Part shown: piece after piece, positions 58,520 through 64,000 of the stretch
Layout: the number at the start of each line of letters is the position of its first letter
Position numbering within the stretch: position 1 is the first letter of the stretch
Source of the DNA: Vicinamibacterales bacterium
Lineage (GTDB): Bacteria; Acidobacteriota; Vicinamibacteria; Vicinamibacterales; UBA8438
Length of the DNA: 64,000 nucleotides
Direction of reading: 5' to 3'
Assembly (NCBI GenBank): GCA_965214865.1
Contig: CBDCCN010000004.1
Coordinates: 2,801,300 to 2,865,299, forward strand
The notes under the pieces: generated by a model
The model's input: the letters and a program-made list of their open reading frames with translations, nothing else
The model's database searches: none
Told to the model about the DNA's origin: nothing
Made by a program: the position numbers and the translations under genes

Positions 58520-59578
58520 CTACGGACCTTCGCTGGCTTCGGCCTCCTCGGCCCGCGACCCGCTCAACATGTTGAACATCCCGTAGTTGCCCTCGTGGCA
58601 CGCGAACTCGAACATCGGCTGGTGCTGGCGCGCATAGGGCAGGGCGCCCGACCAGGGCCTGGTCCAGGTCTCCGGATCGTCGATGGTGAACGTGTAGTCG
58701 AGCGTGTCGGGCCCGGTGCGCGTGAAGCGCTCGGTCACCGTCGCCGACTCGCTCAGCTTGCCGCGCGACAGCGCGTGCTCGGGGCGGCTCCAGCGCCGAA
58801 TGAAGGGCTCGCGCAGATTGGTGGTTTCGACCACCAGGGTGTCACCCTCCCAGCGGCCGCGCGAGCTGCCGGCGAACTGGCGGATGCCGTCCGGCAGGTG
58901 GGGCCGATCGTCGAGATAGACGACCCGCAGATCGTGAATGTGCTCCTGCAGGATCGCGACGTGGTCGGCTGTCTGGAAGAAGTGGAAGTTGTTGTTGTAG
59001 CCGGTCGGGATCGACGGGATCCCACGGTACCAGAGGCAGCGCTCGCTCAGGCCCATGTCCTCCGGACCGTCGGCGGGAACGACGCCGTTCTGCGCGTCGG
59101 CCAGGCGGCGCGACTCGGGCGACGTTATCCGGGCGAGCGCCTCCGGGGTCAGCGGGGGCAACCGGCCGTTCTCCGGATCGGTGATGATCGACGTGCGGTT
59201 GGTGCCGACCACCGACGTGTTCTGTTCCGTCCAGTAGCTGTTGTACGCGCCGACGTTGCCGCCCACCGGGAGCGGCTCGGTGCGCACCTCGCTCGGCGCG
59301 TTCTCGCGGTCCACGCGGGCCTGCGCCTGCCGCTCGAGCGCCGCCGCTTCCTCCGGGCTGAGAAATGCCTGCTCCGCGAGGTTCTCCGGGCGCTCGAGCG
59401 GCGTGATGGTGCCGTTGTTCCAGATCGCCTGGATGTCCGGATGGCCCCACGGCGTGCGCGGCGCCGTCCAGTCCGCGTCCGGCGCCTGGACCTGCGCCTC
59501 GACCGCCGCCGGGGCCAGGGCAAGCAGCGCAAGCACGGCCGCCCGCACTGCCGGCAACGTGAAACATCGTTGGCTCAT
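58520..59578 (-). CDS. PDLQG/WEGDTLV family, copy P7
   Basis: ATG at 59578 with GAGGAGG upstream. N-terminus is MSQRCFTLPAVRAAVLALLALAPAAVEAQ. Motifs: PRTPWGHPDIQAIW, TSIITDPENGRLPPLTPEA, ERCL, YNNNFHFFQTADHVAILQE, LRVVYLDDRPHLP, FAGSSRGRWEGDTLVVETTNL, ERFTR, FEFACHEGN. Confidence 0.9.
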   Translation of the reverse strand: MSQRCFTLPAVRAAVLALLALAPAAVEAQVQAPDADWTAPRTPWGHPDIQAIWNNGTITPLERPENLAEQAFLSPEEAAALERQAQARVDRENAPSEVRTEPLPVGGNVGAYNSYWTEQNTSVVGTNRTSIITDPENGRLPPLTPEALARITSPESRRLADAQNGVVPADGPEDMGLSERCLWYRGIPSIPTGYNNNFHFFQTADHVAILQEHIHDLRVVYLDDRPHLPDGIRQFAGSSRGRWEGDTLVVETTNLREPFIRRWSRPEHALSRGKLSESATVTERFTRTGPDTLDYTFTIDDPETWTRPWSGALPYARQHQPMFEFACHEGNYGMFNMLSGSRAEEAEASEGP

Positions 59579-59787
59579 CTCAACCTCCTCGCACATGCAG
59601 CGGAACGTTCACCCCGCCGTCGATCTCCCCCGGGACAAGTGTGCCACAAGAGCGATGCGTCCGTCCGGGGGCGAGGCTGCTGTTCCGCCGATGTCGTCAC
59701 CGGTGCGATACGAGCGGCGCGGAGCGCGGGCGCGAGGCCGGCGAGGGCGGTCGCTCAGGACGACCGCGACAATTGCTGCGGCAAACG

Positions 59788-60363
59788 TCACCGGATCATG
59801 TGTAGCGACTCCGAACAGGAACTGCTCGACGAGCTGGGCGAGGGCAAAGGCCGCGCTGCCGCCTTGGCGCGATCCCGACGCCGGCGTACGCGAGCGTTCT
59901 CGACGGCACGACTCCGACGACGGCCCACGTGTCGGTTCACGAGCTCCAACAAGATGCGCACCATCTGGCGAGCTTGCACCTCGTCCTCGACCTGCACGTT
60001 CAGGGCCGCCGGGACCTGCCGCTGCACACTGTCGCCGGGACCGCGTTCGAAATCCAGCGGGACGTCCCGCCGCTGTGTCCGTGCCTGACGAATCGCTTCG
60101 TGCCGCACGATTGTCCCGACCCATGCACACGCCGGTGGCTTGCCACGGTATTGCGACAATCCGTGCAGCACGGCGATCCAGATTTCCTGCAGGGCATCGT
60201 GTGCCGTCGCATCATCTCCCGCCACGCGGCGGGCGACCGGCAGGAACCGGGCGGTGCAGCATCTGATCCACGCCTCGTGGTCGCCGTCCAGGAGCGCGCA
60301 CTCGGCGGCGTCTTCGAGTGCCGGCAACGATTGCCTGGATTCCCTTGTCGCCGTCGAGTCCAT
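59788..60363 (-). CDS. ECF-type sigma-70 factor-like protein with atypical/short region 4
   Basis: ATG at 60363 (MDSTATRESRQSLPAL). Region 2 is clear (GDHEAWIRCCTARFLPVARRVAGDDATAHDALQEIWIAVLHGLSQYRGKPPACAWVGTIVRHEAIRQAR). After ILLELVNR, only SRAVENARVRRRRDRAK resembles the end of a region-4 HTH. Confidence 0.55.
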   Translation of the reverse strand: MDSTATRESRQSLPALEDAAECALLDGDHEAWIRCCTARFLPVARRVAGDDATAHDALQEIWIAVLHGLSQYRGKPPACAWVGTIVRHEAIRQARTQRRDVPLDFERGPGDSVQRQVPAALNVQVEDEVQARQMVRILLELVNRHVGRRRSRAVENARVRRRRDRAKAAARPLPSPSSSSSSCSESLHMIR

Positions 60364-60691
60364 ATACGCCTTGTCACGCAGCCAGCGTGTGCGGGATTCC
60401 GAGACGTCGCAGCCTACCCCTGCTAGTCGGTATCGCGCGGGGCGCGGCGTCGCGGTGGAGGCCACCGGCGCCGTGTCCGCCTACATGGGCGTTCCCCGTG
60501 GCAGTACGAGTTCCGGGGCCGCTCGACGACGCCGGGGCCGCCGGCTGGACCGCGTTGATCAACGCCGCGTCATCCGTCGCCGGCCTCTGGTGGGAAGGTC
60601 GATCAAGTGCCCCCGTCTTGACAGCGGGTCGGGGCGCGAGTACAACCGGTAGCTGCGTTCACTGAACACCCCGATACCCACGAGGAGCATC

Positions 60692-61843
60692 ATGCGACGA
60701 ATTCTTGTCCTGGCGGCGGTCATTGCGCTGTTCGCCCCGATCGTGCCCGCGGCCCAGGGGCCGGACGCCGAAGTGGCGGAGTGGTTCAAGGTCGGCACCT
60801 TCGACATCCATGGCGTGCCCCATGTCGGGCTGGTCCTGCGCGACAGCCTGGTCATCGACATCGAGCAGGCCAACGCGGCACTGGAAGCGGATCCGGCGTA
60901 CCCCAGGGTGCCGATGCCGGAGGACATGCTCGAGCTGATCGGGCGCTGGGACTACGGTCTCAAGTACCGGTTGTACGAGATCGTCAACCACGTGGTCGGG
61001 AACGAAATGCTCCTGGGCGCCGGCCGGGCCGAGTACGTCCACGACGTGAGCGACCTGCGGACGCGGCCGCCGATCATGTACCCGGGCAAGATCCTCAACG
61101 CGGCGGTCAACTTCTACAGCCACGTCAGCGAGGGCGCCGGCCCCGAAGAGCGTGCGGCGGAGATGCGCCGGCGTCGCGAGCAGCGCGGCGTGCCGTACCT
61201 GTTCCTGAAGCCGAGCCGCGGCGCCGTCGTCGGCAACGGCGACCCGATCGTCATTCCGTACGGGCGCGACCGGACCGACTGGGAGGTCGAGCTCGGCGCG
61301 GTGATCGGCCGCACCGCGAAGTACGTCTCGGCGAACGACGCGCAGGACTACGTGTTCGGCTACATGGTGTCCATCGACGTCTCCGACCGCGGCGGCCGGC
61401 CGCCGGGCGGCAATGCGACCCGCTCCGACTGGTTCGTCGGCAAGGGCCACGACAGTTTCGCGCCGCAGGGGCCGTGGATCGCCCCGAAGGAGTTCTACGG
61501 CGACCCGATGGCGAACCTGCGTCAGACCCTCAGCGTCGGCGGCCGGACGCTGCAGGATGCGCGCGCCGGCGACATGATCCACTCCCTGTGGGAGATCATC
61601 GAGTACGCCTCGTCGATCATCACGCTGTATCCGGGCGACGTCATCAACAACGGCACGTCGGGCGGCACCGCGGCCGGCGCGGCCGAGACACGCGGCGAAG
61701 AGGACCGCTACCTGAAGCCGGGCGAGGTGGTAGAGGCGAGCATCGACGGCATCGGCACGCTGCGGATGCCGGTGGCCGCCGGCGAGGAGCCGGCCGGGCT
61801 CACCGGTGCGCAGCTTCCGCCGGTCAGCAGCTACCGGGATTGA
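60692..61843 (+). CDS. fumarylacetoacetate-hydrolase (FAH) family protein with an N-terminal signal peptide
   Basis: GAGGAG RBS. Signal peptide is MRRILVLAAVIALFAPIVPAAQG. FAH-fold blocks: KILNAAVNFYSH, PYLFLKPSRGAVVG, DWEVELGAVIG, VFGYMVSIDVSDR, GKGHDSFAPQGPW, GDMIHS, LYPGDVINNGTSGG. Confidence 0.85.
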   Translation: MRRILVLAAVIALFAPIVPAAQGPDAEVAEWFKVGTFDIHGVPHVGLVLRDSLVIDIEQANAALEADPAYPRVPMPEDMLELIGRWDYGLKYRLYEIVNHVVGNEMLLGAGRAEYVHDVSDLRTRPPIMYPGKILNAAVNFYSHVSEGAGPEERAAEMRRRREQRGVPYLFLKPSRGAVVGNGDPIVIPYGRDRTDWEVELGAVIGRTAKYVSANDAQDYVFGYMVSIDVSDRGGRPPGGNATRSDWFVGKGHDSFAPQGPWIAPKEFYGDPMANLRQTLSVGGRTLQDARAGDMIHSLWEIIEYASSIITLYPGDVINNGTSGGTAAGAAETRGEEDRYLKPGEVVEASIDGIGTLRMPVAAGEEPAGLTGAQLPPVSSYRD

Positions 61844-61964
61844 CGGTTCGTGGCACGGACCTGCCGGCCTGCTCCTTGCGCCGGCGGGTCCTCCCGCCCT
61901 CATCTCTCGCCACTTCGCACTGCGCGGCGAGCGCGCCGATCCCGGGTCCCCCCCGCCGGCCGCG

Positions 61965-64000
61965 TCAGAAGCGGAACAGCCGGTTGAACTTGATGACGAA
62001 CGCGCGGTTCTGCAAGACCGGCCAGCGCCTGGCCCCGAACGAGAAGTCCGCCACGTCCCGCTGGTCGTTGTAGACGACGAACAGCTCGCTGCCCGGCTGG
62101 TATTCCCACCGCAGCCGGAGGTTGGCGCTCATGGTCTCGCTGACCGGGCTGTACTGTATCAGTGCGCCGAAGAACATCCGGGGCGTGAACGTATAGGTGA
62201 CCCGGCTCGTCACCAGAGGCACGGTGTACATCCCGTCCGGGAGCGAGATCCGGTTGATCGACATGCCGGGTTCAAGAGAGAACTGCGGCGTGATCTCGAC
62301 CCGGCCCCGCTGGTAGCCGACCGCGGTGATGTCGCCGTGGTAGTAGCCGCCCTGCCACAGCGACAGCGTGCCGGAGACCCGGCGTTGCTGTCCCATGGCG
62401 TAGGACAGGAAGATGCTCCGGTAGTCGTACTCGCCGACCGGGATGGGGACGACGCCGGCCGCGTCGAACGTCTCCGGCACCAGGTCGTAGCGCTGCTCGT
62501 AGTTGGCGCTCAGCCGGTCGCTGTTCTCGAACTCGATGCCGAAGATGCCCTGCGCGATCCGCGTCTCGGGCACCCCCGCGCCGTTCTCGAAGTAGTCGTA
62601 GCTGCCTTCCCAGGTGAACTGCCGCACCGACTCCATGGATGGCCGCGGGCTGTATCGCCCCAGGGCGTAGTTGCGCAGGAAATCGTCGCGGCGAACGAAG
62701 CCGACCTCCGGGTTGAAGGCGTCACCGACGACGAGGTGCTCGGCCTGCAGTCCGTAGAGGTCGCCCGCGTAGTTGAACGCCGCCTGGTAACTCCTATCGT
62801 TCCCCTTGGCGCCGGGGTCCGGCTCGAGTCCGCGCGTCCGCGTGCGGGCGTAGTAGCCGTAGAAGTTGACGTTGTCGTAGAAGGAAAAGGCGCCGTCGAG
62901 CCCGAAGGCCTCGTTGGTGTCGGTGCCGGACGTCGATACCGACCGGCCGGTGAAGATGCCGCCGATCCGGCTCCGGCGCAGGATGTCGCGCTTCACCCGG
63001 AAGACCGTGAAGTTGGTGCCGGCGGCCGTGGCGACCCCGTCGTCGGTCTGGATGTTCAGCGCCCCGATGGAGTAGCGGCCGGTCTTGCCGATCAACCGCG
63101 CGCCGCCGAGGATCGGTACGGTCTCGCTGCCGCTCAGGCCGATGCGGCGGCTGTAGAACACGGTCGGCACGTCGCCGCCGCCGAAGAAGCCGGAGCCGCC
63201 GAGGCGGGTGGCGCGGAACTGGCCCCCGCTGGCGCCGGCCGCGCGTCCGAAGTCGAAGATGCCGCGGCCTTCCAGGAAGAACTCCCGCTTCTCCGGGAAG
63301 AAGAGGTTGAAACGCGACAGGTTGAGCTGCGCCTCGTCGGCCTCCACCTGCGCGAAGTCGGTGTTGTAGGTGAAGTCGGCGGTCAGGTTCTGCGTCACGC
63401 CGTACTTGACGTCCACGCCGCCGTCGCCGGCGCCCTCGTTCAGTATCTGCGGCGTGGCGGTCAGGTTGCTGTTGACCGACCCGATGGCGTACGGCTTGAT
63501 CTCGAACCTGCGGTTGCCGCTCGGCACCTCCACGCCGGTCAGCGTGCCCGCCGCCGACAGCCGGAACATGCCGGGACCGGCGGAGATCGGGACGGTGGTC
63601 AGGTAGGTGGTCTCGTTCTTGTACCGGATGCGCCGCCCGAGCTGCAGCCCCCAGACCTGACCGACGCCCGGCCGGAACCGGAGCGACTTGAACGGGATCT
63701 CCATCTCGACGGTCCAGCCCCCGTCGAAGCGGCCCGTGCTCGAATTCCAGATAGGGTTCCAGTCGTTGTTGGGGTTGCCCTCGTCGGTGATCTCGTAATC
63801 GAAGAAGCCGCCGATCGGGGTCACCATGAAGGCGACGCCGTTGCGGCGGTCGTAGAACGTGTCCAGGCCGACGCTGAAGTAGTCGTTGTTGATGATCTGG
63901 AACGAGTCGCGCTGCATCTCGTTGGCGATCCACGCCGATTCGGGCGCGGAGGACCAGAGCCGCGCGGCCACGTAGACGTTGGCGTCGTCGAAGAAGACCC
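61965..64000 (-). CDS. DUF5916-domain protein (CBM9-like N-terminus), 5' end outside the window
   Basis: The reading frame stays open past 63971 to the window edge (VFFDDANVYVAARLWSS...). Blocks NRRFEIKPY, TADFTYNTDFAQVEADEAQLNLSRFNLFFPEKREFFLEG and the C-terminal FVIKFNRLFRF match my memory of DUF5916 proteins. Confidence 0.8.
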   Translation of the reverse strand, partial: VFFDDANVYVAARLWSSAPESAWIANEMQRDSFQIINNDYFSVGLDTFYDRRNGVAFMVTPIGGFFDYEITDEGNPNNDWNPIWNSSTGRFDGGWTVEMEIPFKSLRFRPGVGQVWGLQLGRRIRYKNETTYLTTVPISAGPGMFRLSAAGTLTGVEVPSGNRRFEIKPYAIGSVNSNLTATPQILNEGAGDGGVDVKYGVTQNLTADFTYNTDFAQVEADEAQLNLSRFNLFFPEKREFFLEGRGIFDFGRAAGASGGQFRATRLGGSGFFGGGDVPTVFYSRRIGLSGSETVPILGGARLIGKTGRYSIGALNIQTDDGVATAAGTNFTVFRVKRDILRRSRIGGIFTGRSVSTSGTDTNEAFGLDGAFSFYDNVNFYGYYARTRTRGLEPDPGAKGNDRSYQAAFNYAGDLYGLQAEHLVVGDAFNPEVGFVRRDDFLRNYALGRYSPRPSMESVRQFTWEGSYDYFENGAGVPETRIAQGIFGIEFENSDRLSANYEQRYDLVPETFDAAGVVPIPVGEYDYRSIFLSYAMGQQRRVSGTLSLWQGGYYHGDITAVGYQRGRVEITPQFSLEPGMSINRISLPDGMYTVPLVTSRVTYTFTPRMFFGALIQYSPVSETMSANLRLRWEYQPGSELFVVYNDQRDVADFSFGARRWPVLQNRAFVIKFNRLFRF

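Noticed and set aside
59609-59791. A 60-codon ORF coupled by GTGA to the sigma-like gene, considered as a feature.
   Set aside because: It has only one hydrophobic helix, and the rest is R/P-rich. I report it only as a hypothesis in the findings, not as a supported CDS.
1-64000. Mobile-element genes (transposase, integrase, phage, conjugation) and rRNA operons.
   Set aside because: I found no DDE, tyrosine- or serine-recombinase motifs or rRNA-like conserved stretches in any frame. The only mobility-related signals are the TA genes, the Uma2 nuclease and the tRNA-like fragment.

Overview
This is a very GC-rich bacterial chromosome segment (about 70% G+C by eye, not computed). It is densely coding on both strands and most genes have GGAGG-type ribosome-binding sites. 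I found no rRNA, intact tRNA, CRISPR array, transposase or integrase. The gene content includes planctomycete-type PSCyt/DUF1592 + DUF1552 pairs, a carboxypeptidase-regulatory-type TonB-receptor remnant and a DUF5916 protein, which suggests an Acidobacteriota/Gemmatimonadota-like organism (inference only). I call about 48 intact CDS. By my reading about 35 of them start with a signal peptide, lipobox or TAT motif, so the window looks like a paralogue-rich secreted/periplasmic enzyme neighbourhood. Main observations: (1) An unnamed secreted protein family occurs 7 times intact plus once as an in-frame mini-remnant. Its motifs are RTPWGxPDLQGxW, DPPNGRxPPLTPEG, WxGDSRGRWEGDTLVVETTNF and YEYACHEGN, and one copy is fused to tandem VOC/glyoxalase domains. 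(2) There are three di-heme PSCyt/DUF1592-type + TAT DUF1552 gene pairs, two of them linked to paralogous secreted ankyrin-repeat proteins. (3) There are three signal-peptide cyclase-family paralogues, each next to an NHL propeller or a member of family (1). (4) A decayed accessory islet carries an intact MNT/HepT toxin-antitoxin pair, an AAA_14/DUF4143 ATPase pseudogene, a BrnT remnant and an AT-rich spacer. (5) An ArsS radical-SAM + peroxidase-like pair lies downstream of a divergent WYL regulator. (6) There are several internally deleted gene remnants and a family of GC hairpins with a TTCGTTCAG tail, including a triple tandem array. Many long ORFs in the supplied track are high-GC shadow frames with R/P/G/A-rich translations and were rejected. 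All family names come from motif recognition by eye and none were verified by search.
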